64,000 bases of DNA from Lytechinus pictus (GCF_037042905.1 NC_087251.1:8062001-8126000), one strand, 5' to 3'; shown: positions 1 to 12,780, counted from the first letter of the stretch. Translations and numbers: made by a program. Notes: generated from the letters alone by a model not told the origin.

Positions 1-415
1 GAAATAAGAATATATTTTTCTTGTTTCAAAGGGCAATCGTCATGGTGGCCATAAAACGGGTCCTTCTCAGGTGAAAGGGGCACAGAACAAGTTCTTTAGG
101 AGCACTTTTCTTGGGTAAAAGGGGGCAGTGATTCGAGAAAGGGCACTTACAAGAAGGCGAGGGGGCACTCTTTAACACATGAAACGGGCCCTCAGATGTA
201 AGGGCACAGAACACGTTCCAGGGGGGGGGGGCATTTTGGGGTTAAAAAATTGCATACAAGGAAGAGCACTTGGTAACACCTAAAACAGGTTCTCGTCAGG
301 TGAAAGGGACACAGTACACGTTCGTGAGGGGGCATTTTTCTTGTATAAAAAGGCACTTTTCAGTGCTTAAAGAAGTGGGGGGAACTGTGCCCCTCCCCAG
401 GATTGCTGCCCCAGC
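1..415. repeat. Right end of an interspersed repeat with degenerate gggcac-containing internal repeats and G-tracts
   Basis: Module tcag(g/a)tg(a/t)aa..gg(g/a)cacag(a/t)ac recurs near 67, 191 and 296; poly-G at 220-232. Confidence 0.45.
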
Positions 416-836
416 ATACAAAAAAAATATTCTTTTGGTTCAAAGTATTAACATACGCTTAAGAAAAAGGCTTAATCCTCTGGTAATGTGATATTTTTTA
501 TGGCTAATTAATAAAATTCACCACTAACCAGAGAATTCCTTTATGTCTTTCATTTGTGTTCATATAGTATTTGTACAGAGCTAAAATGAAAGGGATTTGG
601 AATTTGCAAAATTCAAAATGAGATGAAGATCGAGAGAGGGAAAGAGTGATGAGAAGAGGATTGAAAAGAGATGAGAAAGAAATGGAGGGGCACATATGAA
701 GAGATAATTTAGAGGGGGGGGTGGTAAGAGAGCTAGAATGTGGGAAGTAAGAACAAAAGGGGTGGAAGAGAAATAAGACGAGATTTATGGAAACCAGGAG
801 ACAGATAACAAGTGGGAAAAGAAGAAGGAAATATAT

Positions 837-1655
837 GAAGAGTTTAGTTGCAAAAGGGGTTAGGGCCACTTTGGACCATTCCGAGAAAAACCATGTTTTT
901 ATTCTCACTTATTGCAATATTCTTATGAGAAACTAAATTGTCATGATGTACTACTCTATCATGTGAACATAAAATTGGGTATAAAAGAAATCTACCCGTC
1001 TTCAATTTTTTTCTATATACTTAAAAAAAAATCATTGTGTACCTAACCCCTTTTGCAAGTAAATTGAAGTGAATCCAATCTCTTTTGATTAAAAAAGTGA
1101 TTTTTTTTGCCACTTCCATTCACGTTTTCATTTGAATTTCAAATTTTCTTTGGTATCATCAGAGTGACTGAAAATTTAGAGGTTTAGAGACAGAAAACAA
1201 TAAAATATATGAAAAATGGACCTAACCCCTTTTGACAAATGAGTTCTTCAGAAGAGTTTAGTTGCAAAAGGGGTTAGGTCCACTCCAAGAAAATAATTCT
1301 TTTTTAATTCTCCCATATTGCAATATTCTTATGCGAAACTGAATTTCCATGATACCCTACCATGAGAACATGAAATTGGGTATAAAAGATATTTACTTGT
1401 CTTCATATTTTTTAAGATATTATTTTCCAAAAAAAGTCTGTGTGGACCTAACCCCTTTTTCAACTAAACTTAAATGGACCTAACCCCTTTTGAAAAAAAG
1501 GTGATTTTTCTTTGCCATATTAGTTCACTTTTTAATAGGAATTCCAACTTTTTTATGGTATCATCTTATATAGCTACTAAAAATCTTTACATTAAGACAT
1601 AAGAATCAAGTTTTGATGAAAAATGGACCTAACCCCTTTTGAAAATGAGCTCTAC
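837..1655. mobile_element. Head-to-tail dimer of a ~410-bp MITE (837-1249 and 1251-1655)
   Basis: Each unit begins gaagagtttagttgcaaaaggggttagg and ends ggacctaaccccttttg..aatgag(t/c)tct(t/a)c; the bodies are homologous; atat flanks the dimer on both sides. Confidence 0.8.
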
Positions 1656-1939
1656 ATATGTAGGAGAAAGGCGGGACAAAAGAATTTTGAGTGGGAAAAT
1701 GATTAAATGGAAAAAAAACAGAGTAAGAAATGCTGGAGAATAAAGGGGACAGGAAACGTATTAAACATGATAAATTGGGGCCCGTTTCATCATGAGTTAC
1801 AAGTATGGTAATTACGATTTAGGGATGGCAATAGCACTAGAGACCTCTTTACCTAATCACGACTCGATCTACCCTTTTCATCGTCCCTTTTGGAATTAGC
1901 AAAGGCCTATAAGACGCAATAAAAAAAGGTTGCTTTGTT

Positions 1940-2830
1940 TATAAGTGATATCGCTTGTGATATCGATACTTTATAGAGCGCAACGTATCGTCTCAGATTT
2001 GCGCTTGCTTGATTCGCTGAATCCTTCGCGTCACGAGCGCGTAACAAAATGAATACATTAATGAATTTGCCAAGTTGACCTTCGTCATTGCGCTGGTGTG
2101 CGTATTGTCTAATACACGTACAAAACCACAGTTGACGAGGGAGCATCGTACGAAATTAATATTAATGAGGGCTTATTTTAGCTTCTAATGGATTAAACAA
2201 AATGGCGGTAGCTTCGGGGGCTTGGGTAGCAGTGTCGAAGGTCACGGTACCGTACTCATGCATATTCATTATGACCATGACACGGGCAATACGGGACGCG
2301 TGCCAGCCCACTGCACTTGCTCCGTCGATGACTTGATTTCTCGCCGACGCAGCCCGGTCCTGTGTACGTGTATATACGGTATGCTACAGCGCCTGTACGC
2401 GTCGCCGCCTAGCCTGTACTGTACTACGGTACGTGTTGCGCTGTTGTTGTGTGAAGCAGATTTTGATTATGCAAATTGCATCTTGTGTATTCCGAATCCG
2501 AGTACGATCTGAAGCCGAGGGACCCAGTTGCTAGTTAAGAGTGTGTAATTGTTGTGGACCTGAATCTGTAACCTGTGCTTCCAAGCGATGATCCAACGAA
2601 ATGCTACAATCAAAGAAATTCCGTTTAAGACGAAGAAAAAGCAAAAGGTTTTGAAGAAGTTTGGAAAAGGACAAGGCGTTGGTGGACGAGAATGCCAGGA
2701 CGGTACGTACCGGCGTAGGTAGACAATGCAATGCAATGTGCCCGGCGCCCTGGCCTGGCCCTGTCTGCCTGAAAGTGATGACATGACCTGGCCGGTCGGC
2801 TGGGTAATTGCAAGCTGTGGGGGACCTAAA
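1940..2830 (+). promoter_or_regulatory. CpG-rich promoter / first exon region, probably of the SERTA gene
   Basis: CpG is locally dense in an otherwise CpG-poor window; YY1-type aaaatggcgg near 2199-2208; strong donor CG|GTACGT at 2702/2703. Confidence 0.6.
2692..2702 (+). CDS. Putative coding end of SERTA gene exon 1 (ATG CCA GGA CG)
   Basis: ATG has A at -3; the phase-2 donor GTACGT joins the 32793 acceptor (A TCA ATG) in frame, giving MPGRS-MPGLVG. Confidence 0.45.
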
Positions 2831-3191
2831 GCTACGCACTTTGTTTACAAACGATAAAGACTGCCAATTTTAATATTTTAACAAATCATCTTTCACAAAT
2901 TTGTGTTAAATATTCTAAGGATTTTTAACCTAGAACAGAAGAAAATATCACAAAACTCGATAAGACGAAAATCCCGCCGTGTTTTCTGAACACCTTTTGA
3001 TTTCGCCGCCCGATATAAAGTAGAAGGGGTCCTAAAGCTACGCACTCAATTTATCATGCAAAGAAAAAGTATTTCCTGTTCCTAAATTTCTAAATAATGT
3101 TCATATTTTTATAGGAAAATATGAAATCAAAGTGAATACAACTCCAAAATTCCAAACAATTGCTGGTTTTCTCTGTATTTAGTAACCCAGG

Positions 3192-3696
3192 TACCTCGAG
3201 CGAAGTTCGTGCAGGCTCCACTCCACTTCACTACCGCTACACTACGCTCCACCTACCCGAACTTCGAGACCATGAATTCGATCGGATACTGTGAGTGACA
3301 AAAGGTGGGATTTTATGGTGAGAAAATATAAAATTCATGCAACATCACGATCTTTAAAAGCTCGGACCGGACCCGGTGCCTCCCGCATGCGATGTTTTGA
3401 AATCGGCAGCGAATTGTTTATACGTGTGAGGAACTTCATGTTGGCTCTAAATCACCAATTTTGAGACTGATAGAAGCATGAAAAAGAAGTGAAGCTTTGT
3501 GTAAAGTAATAATATTAGTTGTACTTGATTTTAAAGATCGTGATGTTGCATGAATTTTATATTTTCCCACCATAAAATCCCACCTTTTGTCACTCAGAAT
3601 ATCCGATCGAATTCATGGTCTCGAAGTTCGGGTGGGTGGAGCGTAGTGTAGCGGTAGTGAAGTGGAGTGGAGCCTGCACGAACTTCGCTCGAGGTA
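3192..3696. mobile_element. Long-TIR MITE (Mutator/foldback-like) with 10-bp TSD
   Basis: Near-perfect inverted arms of ~168 bp (3192-3359 and 3529-3696); direct repeat gtaacccagg at 3182-3191 and 3697-3706. Confidence 0.85.
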
Positions 3697-3721
3697 GTAA
3701 CCCAGGGAGCTCCCGCCCGCT

Positions 3722-3998
3722 GTATACAATTACCACGATTATATGGATGAAGGTCTAACGAGTGGCAGTTTCCTGACATCTGGGCACAGACTGGAACCTC
3801 AAAAAAACGAAAAGTTCTCTCCTTCTACCCCCGTCTCGATCGGCCATTTTGTTACGATTTTTAACAAAAATGGCCGATCGAGACGGGGGTAGAAGGAGAG
3901 AACTTTTCGGGGTTTTTTTTAGGTTCCAGTCTGTGCCCAGATGTCAGGAAACTGCCACTCGTTAGACCTTCATCCATATAATCGTGGTAATTGTATAC
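3722..3998. mobile_element. Hairpin (fold-back) MITE, TA/TATA-flanked
   Basis: Arms of ~133 bp, gtatacaattaccacg...cgtggtaattgtatac, around a 7-nt loop cgatttt (3855-3861). Confidence 0.85.
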
Positions 3999-5512
3999 TT
4001 TCTGTTTTCACAATTCATTTGGAGAAATATTTAGACCATAAATCACCCTAGTCCGGTGACTATGGTCAAATACACGGTAAGCCCCTGGGTTATGTATTTA
4101 GATGATCTAGGGATTTATTGCAGCCTCTGTAGATAAAACTGAATAGGAATTGTTCGTCACACTGCAGTAACAGCTCCATACTCAGAGTGCGCATTTTGCA
4201 ATTGAAATGGCATTCGGCATTGGAGTGGTGCGTAGCTTTAGGACCCCCTACCATACATGTATGGCCTAAAGTAAATGGTTTATTTTGGATGTCCGGACAC
4301 TTAAAATTATTGAGTCTCCTCTTTGGATTAAACAAAAGGTATGAATTGAAAAATTGTAACGGTTGTCATCATATCAGTAGGCCTATTGGCTTGCCTAAAA
4401 CTTTGACCTATTCATTGTCTTTGTTGTAGATCTAAGTTAGTATAATAAAATCTAGTTAGACCAAAAGCTTCCGTCTCAGTTATGTTGGTTGTTCCGCTGA
4501 ACTCAATTGGCTCCACTCACCAAATACAGAGACCGAAGTTCTAGCTCGATCTGTACAGGAACTCAATGGCCATATGTAAACGGAAGTGAAGTTGCGCGAC
4601 AGCCGAAGTAAATCACTGTTTGTTCCCCTTTTAAGTTTATTTTTCTCTGGTTTGGTGCGTTTCAGGCCAAAGCAGAATAATAATCTTTAATTTGGTCCAG
4701 TTCTTTTTATATATTTTTATGAAATAAAGACAAAAATCGATAGCCCTGTCAGGGGGATTTTGCATTGTTTACCCCCTAATGGTGGCTGCACGATAGTGAG
4801 CCGTCTGTGTACAGACGGCTGCGAGCTGTCTAAAATATAGTATGAATGATGGGGTGACCATTATTTGTGCACATTTTAAAAATTAGCATGAAGTTGATTT
4901 TCAATCAAAAGTTTCTCACAGTTCACACAAAACTAATCAAAATCATATATACCAAACGGAAAGCAAGATTCTAAAGTCAAATTAGCTTGACGGAATTTTA
5001 AAGTAGGCAACAGGTTTCACCGGTATCACGATCTCAAAATTCCATGACGATCGACTAGTGCGCGCTTGGCTGAAAAATTGTCATAAAAAGGTGTGACCTT
5101 AATTTGCGCACGATTGCTTTGCAAAGCTTTGGAAAATAAATCAAACAGACAAAGGTAAGATAATCGTATCAGATGGAAGTTAAAGTGCCATAAATTTGGT
5201 TGGTATAACATTTGACTTATTTGGATACCTCTGCTTGCAAACTGGCGATTTCTTGATGCTTGTCAAGTTCAGATTTTCTCGGAGCGGACGCAAAAGGTAA
5301 CAAAATTTGCTGATGTTTTGCCAATGTTTTCACAAATTGAGACCTTACCTTCAAGAAAATTACCATATAAGTAATCTTGGTAGGCTTTTTCTGTTGGTGA
5401 TATCGGCTTTTCAATATATTAATAAGATTTTGAGATATTCGTCCGTGCGTAAAATTAGGTAATGTGCGAATTATGGTCACACCTGGACACACAGCTAACA
5501 GGCCCCCTAACG

Positions 5513-7003
5513 TTAACCCTATCAAGGCTGGGGATATTTTGGGGCCTCCTAGGCCCCCCCCCCCCCCCATGTCGAAATGTTGCCCATTGACTGTAGCACA
5601 AACTGCCAGGCTCCGCACAGATCACAGCAGCAATATGGAGACCGCTGATTGGTTCATCGCACAGATCTCGTGGTCACAAAAATAATTTGGCCGAAAAATA
5701 TTTGAAAGTATTGAAAGTAGCGATAACGATATCCAGCCTCGTATTCCGCACTTGCAATGGTCTTGGCTCCTGATCGGATCGCTCTAGTATCATTTGAAAA
5801 TTATTGAGATTTGGCAATTTCTTGCAAATTCACTGTGCACTCCGAAACCCGGAACTCCTTTGACTTTGTACATGTTGCAATAGATTCTGTAAACTCTAAG
5901 AAACACGATGTGTCTGTGGTGCTATTCTGTATGATTTTGATGGAAAGGGAAAAAGTAATCAAAATACGTTTACCAGTGCTGTGCGGTATCGGTGAGAAAA
6001 GAGATCCTCCGAAAATACCTTTCATAATTCATATAAAATATAGAAAAGTGAAATTTTAGGTCGATTTTGGTACGAGGTGATAGAGAAATGCACACTTGTT
6101 TTGATGGAATACTGTTCATATGGAAGTATTAATTACTGTCATTATTTTTATCTCGTGCCATCTCTGGACGTCATTGATGTCTCCAAGATAAGAAACACAG
6201 TGCACATGCGCGATTGATAACGTATGACATATTTTCCATTCATGAATTCAGAGCTCGAAGTTGGGCACAAACAAGACAGCTGGCAGCCGTCTGCTTCGAG
6301 GAGTTTTTTCACATTTAAAAAAAAATTTCTCCTTAGTCGAGCCAACAGAGTTCAGCGGAACAATCAATAAAACAGAGTCCAAAGCTTTTAGTCTAGGCAC
6401 AAACGAGCTTCAAATTGATGGGAAAAAATATCAAATATAATTTTCTCTGTTGTGTCATGTTAATTGGTATTATGTGGTGATATTACGATCGTGAGAAGAG
6501 GTTATGCATATTGACAATATTCGAAAATCAATCCTGACATAATTTTTTTTAGACAAGTGCACTCGCTCACGTCATGAAAAATTGAAACGAAATACAAATG
6601 TTTCACATGAAACTCGAAATTCATATTAATGATTATCATATGCAAATTATTGTTGAAATATTACGGTTAAATAATGTTCTATGGTCATGATATTAATATT
6701 GTTAATAAAAGCAAGTTTTTTTTTACGTTAATCGCGTCATAATTTTCTGGTTTGATTTAAGCACAGTACTGCGCATGCGCGATTGGGGATAAATTCTTGA
6801 TTTCTTGGCACAGTCAGTTCCTCCACCAGTTATTCATCAGATACACAACATTTGTCCAAGGCTAAATTTCTTTAAACATGTGTTGCAATTTTTCACTTTC
6901 CACCAAAAGAGGGCACAAAATTATACAAAAAATGTACAAATTTGTATTGCTCCGGTGAATAATAAGAGGGTGGGCCTTATCCCCACCAATTTCTTGGGGT
7001 TAA
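5513..7003. mobile_element. Possible degenerate piggyBac-like non-autonomous element
   Basis: ttaa|ccc at 5513 with a poly-C tract and ggg|ttaa at 7003; TIR match beyond the termini is poor. Confidence 0.3.
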
Positions 7004-7161
7004 GCTTAACCCACTTTGGTTTCACACTACGTTTTACCAAAGTGGACTAGCACAGTACTACTATCTGGCCCTGCTGAAAAGCAGGGTTAGCCAGCTTACT
7101 GCAGTGCTAGCACCGCAATCGCGGTGTTAAGAACTGCAGTCTGAAACCAAATCTTGCTAAG
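7004..7161. mobile_element. Small inverted-repeat MITE fragment
   Basis: gcttaacccactttggtttcacact pairs imperfectly with agtctgaaaccaaatcttgctaagc; internal hairpin caccgcaatcgcggtg. Confidence 0.45.
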
Positions 7162-7529
7162 CATTAACCAATCACAGAAGTGGAAATGGCATGTTAATCA
7201 TTCACTGTGTGGCAAAATCATATTAATGGGATGTGCGATTGTCCAGTGTTCGGCGTTGAACCATAGCTACATGTAGGCAAATAGTATGGGGTTAAGAAAG
7301 ACAGTGTGAAAAAAAAATGTTTAAGGACTAGGCCTGAGTCATTATGTTTATTTTGATAGGATGTATAAGTAAGATACGTTTTAAATGTTCTGGTCTGAAA
7401 TAATGCTTTGAGTGAGGCGATCTTTCGACTTTAATACGGAGGGTTGACTCATGTAGAGTCCTAATTGTATCTCCCGAACAGTTCGGAGGATACTATGGAT
7501 TTGGCCTCGCCGCCGCCGCCACAGAGATT

Positions 7530-8076
7530 TCCTTGTGAGCTCTTTGATCATCTTCAAATATGGCATGAAGGTCGAATATGGTATAGCAAAGTTGCCTATT
7601 GGTTTTGGTGAGGGTTGCCATGGTAACAAGAGGTTATGTGGAAATAGCAGAGTTGTCCTTGTGAGCGCTCTACCAGCTGCATTTCTTCTCCGATCATCTT
7701 CAAATGTGGCATGAAGGTCCATTATGGTAAAGCAAAGCCGCCTATTGATTTTGGTGTGGGCGGAGACATTGTTGCCATGGTAACAAGAGTTTATTGTGGA
7801 ATAGCAGAAATGTCCTTGTGAGCGCTCTACTAGCTGCATTTCTTCTCTGTTCATCTTCAAATGTGGCATGAAGGTCCATTATGGTAAAGCAAAGCCGCGT
7901 ATTGATTTTGGTGTGGGCGGAGACTTCGTTGCCATGGTAACAAGAGTTTTTGAGGAAATAGCAGAGATGTCCTTGTGAGCACTCTACCAGCTGCATTTCT
8001 TCTCCGATCATCTTCAAATGTGGCATGAAGGTCCATTAAGCAATTAAGCCGTATATTGATTTGGTGTGGGCGGAGA
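7530..8076 (+). repeat. 157-bp tandem repeat array (~3.5 copies, resuming at 11498-11700)
   Basis: tcatcttcaaat at 7694, 7851 and 8008 gives a period of 157. Confidence 0.9.
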
Positions 8077-11000
8077 CAACGTTCTCGCTACCACGCGTCA
8101 CGGTTGGCGGGCGCCGACAACCTTGAACATTTTCAGGGCAAATCCGCCAACCGTGAACTTCCCCGACAACCGTGGCCGACAACTGTAAAACAGGCCTAGA
8201 TCTACACAAAAAACTGAATAATATATTGAAAGAAAAAAAACAATCTGCTTTTCAGATCCTAAAATAAACTTGTCGATTATTTCGTCTACAATTTCTTCCC
8301 GGGATTTTTTGACTCGCTACTATGCTGTATACGATACGACCTCGACTCGAGGCCCAATTTAACTCTCCTCTTATGTTATAGGAAGCGCGAAGATGTTTAC
8401 CTCGCATTGGCGTATCTTCATTGCTCACATTACTTACGTCTTTAAAATGGTAGTAAATACGCTCAAAAATTAAGTGAGGAGAGAGGGGTACCGTGGGTTA
8501 CTGGCTTGGGCAATCTAATTTAGATGTTACGAATTTCAGTTGATATTGTCACATATTTTGTCAAAAGTAAAGTGTGTCAAAAATAATATAAAAATTCGAT
8601 CGAAATTTAGTTTCATCTTGCCCCAGCCTTATATAGCGAATGCATTTCTGATGACACTGCCGTAGAGCGAATTGAGAAAATTATTAAAAGATCATGTTAA
8701 TAATAACAAAGCCACAGGAATGGATTGATATAATGTCCAACTCATTTACTTACAGCAAAATGATTTATTCACATTTATATTCCGATTTTACTCCATAATT
8801 TCCAAAGTCTTGATCTCTACATCGATCTTTTGAAAGTGTTGATTAATTTCGCGACGGTGCGTCTACCAAGTTCTGTGTCACTGCACTTGCGCTCGCCACG
8901 GCCACATACAGAATACAAATCGCACATGGCATCAAAATCCTTGATCCGCGGGGATCCGAGTCTTCCAATATTTGATGGGATCCAAAACTGATTTAATTTG
9001 AATGTTTTTTTTTATTTTCAGATATTCATTGAATCTGTCATAATTTTCATAAGTAATAATCTGTATTAATATTATTCACACTTTTTATCATATTACGACT
9101 CATTTTTTAATGTGAGTAATACGTACAGTGTATTTTCATTTGTATTGTTCTTTATTACTCTTTGCCTGCCAATTAAATAATGAACGCACCGCACCTGTCA
9201 CGGTCCTGAGAAATGTTTTAGTCATCACAGTGAATGCTTCATGAATTTGTTGTAAAATTGCTTAACAACTCCCGGTAACAACTACGATTTAAAATGAAAT
9301 ATTATTTGAAATTAATTTGTGTAAAGGAGAAAGAGAATAATGGGAGGTGGTCGTGGGCAATGTAAATGAAAATGATGGGATGTTTGTGACTTTGTGGGGG
9401 AGGGGATTGGCGAAAAGGAGTCAATGTTCAGAGCGAATGAAATTAATATTCATTTATGGATGTGTCTACTGTGATTGTGGCTGCATAATCTTTATAGCGA
9501 TTGGAAAATCAACCCTTGGTCGGGAGGGGTACGTGATTCAATAGATCTCGATAGAAGTTCACATTCAACAAAGTGGAATTGACAATTCATTCACAGATAT
9601 TCATTTCAGGGGCTGCGGAAACGGGGTGGGGGGCTGGGTAGGCTTCAGCCCCCCCCCCCATTTTTTTTTCCAAAACTGTGTACAAAGACATAAAATGGTC
9701 CACCTGCTTGTGTTTTTTGCATGGTCAGCCCACACTTTCAAGACCTTTCCGCGGCCCCTGCATTTGAAGTACGAATTATTGAAGTTGATATGTGTGAACG
9801 TTTTAGAGGATATGTATTTCGTTTGTTCACGCCCATATGAGTTGCTAGTATAATTTGAATATCGTTGGATGAATTTTTCAATTTCACTTATGTCTTTATA
9901 CGTTTTATATCGGAATTGTGTTTTATATAGAGTTATCTTTACAACGTCGTTAACCTAATTACTGCGAGTGGATGATATTTATGAAATGAGTTGGAATGTG
10001 AACGAGACGCCCCAAAGCCGATTGCACGTGATCTAATTAGTATTCACTTTCTGGGTAGAGCCAATCATTGTGCTTGAAAACGGGTTTCCCTGAATTCCTG
10101 CCCTTGGAATGTGTGCCATGTGCATGACCTGTTAACCTGTTGTTTGAATGCGAATCAGCTGGTTTCGTGACCTCAAATATTCTTCATGTTATTTACGCTG
10201 GATGGGGGCTATAAAATTAAGAAGATCTTTCTGACTATTTTTTTTTTTCATTTTTAATAATCTGTTCGTGAATTTGTGTAACTTAAAAACTGATGCAATT
10301 TATTGAATCACGTACGGTACCTCGATCTTCCCACTCATGGTGCAAGAAAATATTTTTTAAATTTAAAATCGCCAAAATATATACATGTAAAGATATATTA
10401 TTCAGCCGTCATCATCAGTAGTAGTATAGACATGTCTATAAATGCATTAGCTTCGAATATTGACTTCTTCACCAATCCCACACACACGTACGATCTCAAC
10501 ATCCCCTTGTCATTGTCCACGCCACGACCCTCCCCCTTTCGCTCGCTCCCTTCGACCATCCTAGCTACAACCCCCCCCTCTTCCTCTCTTTCACACACGC
10601 TGTATTTGTAGGCCTACATAGTGCATTATTTAAAAATATAAATCTGCTTTCCTGTCAATTAAGCTTTACTTTCAAAACATTTTAAATCGCAATTAATTAT
10701 AATAAGAACAAAATCGTAATATTAAAGTGTTATGAATGACTAAAAATATTTCTCCCGCTCGTGATGGGCACATTCATTATTTTATAGGTGAGTATAGAAC
10801 AATACAAATGAACATAGCAATAATTGACAGTGATAAACGAATCTTCATTGGATATTATTAGTATAACATCATCAACAGAAGTCTTATGAGAGTTATAGTT
10901 TCAGTGAGTATCTGAAAACAAAACAAACATGCAAATTATATAAGTTGGGGACCCCGTCTCATGAATTACGATGCCCATTTGGAAGCCTCGGAAGTTTTCT

Positions 11001-11497
11001 TCCGAGGCTTCCAAATAAAGTCGGAATGATCTTTGGATTTAGTAAGGGCGCGGCGCAAGCTCAAAGGGCCACGCATGCGGTCCGTGGTTGTAGTCGGTCA
11101 TTGACACGCATTCACAAAATTAATCGCACTTTCTAAGGACGTAGCGATCTAGACATTGGAAAGTATAGAGTACATTTATCGATGTCATCGATGTGAATAA
11201 ATCTATAAACTGTAAGTATAAAATGAGATTGAATTTAAATCATTTCCTTTGACCTTTTTCATCAGTACTTGCCTTTCTGCTTCAATCGCAACTGTTACGG
11301 CTGTGTGGCCAGAGAAGCATTAAATAGACATAAAATGTGGTGCATTTAGCAGCAATCTAAACTCGTTGATATTGATATTTTCGATAGCTACCCTCCCGAA
11401 CCCTCCCCCCGTGCGTGCTTTGCACGCACCGAGGCCGCTGTGCGGCTTGCGTCCCTTCGCGCCGTCAAGCGTCAGAATGAACCTGGCGAGAACGTTG
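8077..11497. mobile_element. 3.4-kb non-autonomous hAT-like DNA transposon
   Basis: Perfect 12-bp TIR caacgttctcgc/gcgagaacgttg; 8-bp TSD ggcggaga (8069-8076 and 11498-11505); host repeat resumes in register; no transposase ORF. Confidence 0.88.
9607..9760. mobile_element. 154-bp G/C-tract MITE nested in the hAT-like element
   Basis: TIR caggggctgcggaaa/tttccgcggcccctg; 5-bp TSD cattt. Confidence 0.75.
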
Positions 11498-11787
11498 GGC
11501 GGAGACATCGTTGCCATGGTAACGAGTTTTTGTGGAAATAGCAGAGATTTCCTTGTGAGTGTTCTACTGGCTGTATTTCTTCTCCAATTATCTTCAAATT
11601 TGTCATGAAGGTCCATTATGGAAAAGCAAAGTTGCCTAATGATTTTGGAGTGGGTGGAGACATGGTTGCCAATACCATGGTAACCATATTTTTGTGAAAA
11701 ATTTGGTAAAACCTGTAACTTCTGCTTTTTTTCCAGTTTGTCATAACAGTTGGCACACAGAAGCAATATTAGAAGGTGAAGCGAAGA

Positions 11788-12340
11788 CCCGGGGGGGGCA
11801 CTCGACCAAAAAAGTGGTAGGGGTGTGCCGCGGGCGAGGCAAAAAACGGGGGCCTTGGAGCGGGCTTATTGTAAAAAGGAGGGTCCTCGGAACGGGCTTC
11901 GGAACCCCTACAAATGTTTGTGGAAACGGGGGTCCTCGGAACGGATCTCCGTATCTCTGTGAGTGCGTATGCATCCCTATGGAACGGGCAATCGTGCATA
12001 TATGCATGACGCAGCTAGCGCGGCCTCCGCCGGGTGCGCTCGCGCTTAGGCGATGGTCGAAAAGCGCTCTTCGGCCGCTTTTCACCAAAATTGCAGCTCC
12101 TTGTAGCAGATCAATGCGACCGGAACGGCGTAACGAAAAATATGCGAAGCTTTGGAACGGATTTCTTTCTTCTTTTTTCTCGATAAGAAGGAAATGCTAT
12201 GCCTTGGAGCGGCTTTCTTTGTTCTTTTTCTCAAAAAGACAAAAATGCTATGCCTTGGAACGGAAATTTGAGTGTAAAAATGGGGGTCCCCTCCGCGGCA
12301 CATACCCACTATGCATTATATACTGAGTGCCCCCCCCGGG
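11788..12340. mobile_element. 553-bp MITE with 8-bp TSD
   Basis: TIR cccggggggggcactc/gagtgccccccccggg; TSD agcgaaga (11780-11787 and 12341-12348). Confidence 0.88.
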
Positions 12341-12780
12341 AGCGAAGATGCCTATCATTTTGGTTGGGGGTCTTAGGGTTAGGTTTACAAAATATATCCA
12401 GATTACTCTATAATTGTATTCCCCAACAGGTGATACTGGACAATACTTTAGGTTCTGCAGAGTCACGCTGCTGCGTCATATTATTGTCATCAAACTTGGT
12501 ACCCACAGGCAAAATGTGGGCAGGGTCATTGTCACCATGATAATTGTATTTATTTGTCAAATTTCTGTGTGAGCTCTACATGTATATATCCCAATGACGG
12601 ATGACGCGGTGGGTTCGGGGGATACGTGTGCTCGGCCGTGCGACCCGCCGAGCATCTCTAGCGTAATTTGATTTTAGGTTGAAAACTAAGAAATGAACGA
12701 ATATTCCCTTCTTTCTTGACTCTGAAAGATCATTTTCTGGAAAGACTACTTACATAGATCTACAACTCCATGTTTATGTA

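Larger units (their letters stand above)
2819..4248. mobile_element. Non-autonomous DNA transposon with TIR gggg(t/a)cctaaagctacgcac, hosting two fold-back insertions
   Basis: TIR at 2819-2839, internal direct copy near 3026-3045, inverted copy at 4228-4248. Confidence 0.65.
7465..12661 (+). mobile_element. Helentron-associated non-autonomous element (HINE/DINE-1-type), split by two insertions
   Basis: 5' subTIR gtatctcccgaac (7467-7479) with adjacent IR gttcggaggatac; (gcc)n microsatellite; 157-bp tandem repeats; 3' subTIR gttcgggggatac (12613-12625); stem-loop tgctcggc..gccgagca (12629-12654); terminal ctag. Confidence 0.8.

Noticed and set aside
1042..1640. Interstitial telomere
   Set aside because: Only single cctaaccc units occur, within MITE TIR motifs, with no (TTAGGG)n array
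7381..8026. Repetitive ORFs and a CRISPR-like look of the regular repeats
   Set aside because: Units are full-length tandem copies without unique spacers, the context is eukaryotic, and there are no cas genes
11694..12326. 210-aa ORF as a possible transposase
   Set aside because: It crosses a MITE boundary, stays open because the DNA is GC-rich, and has no DDE or other recognisable motif
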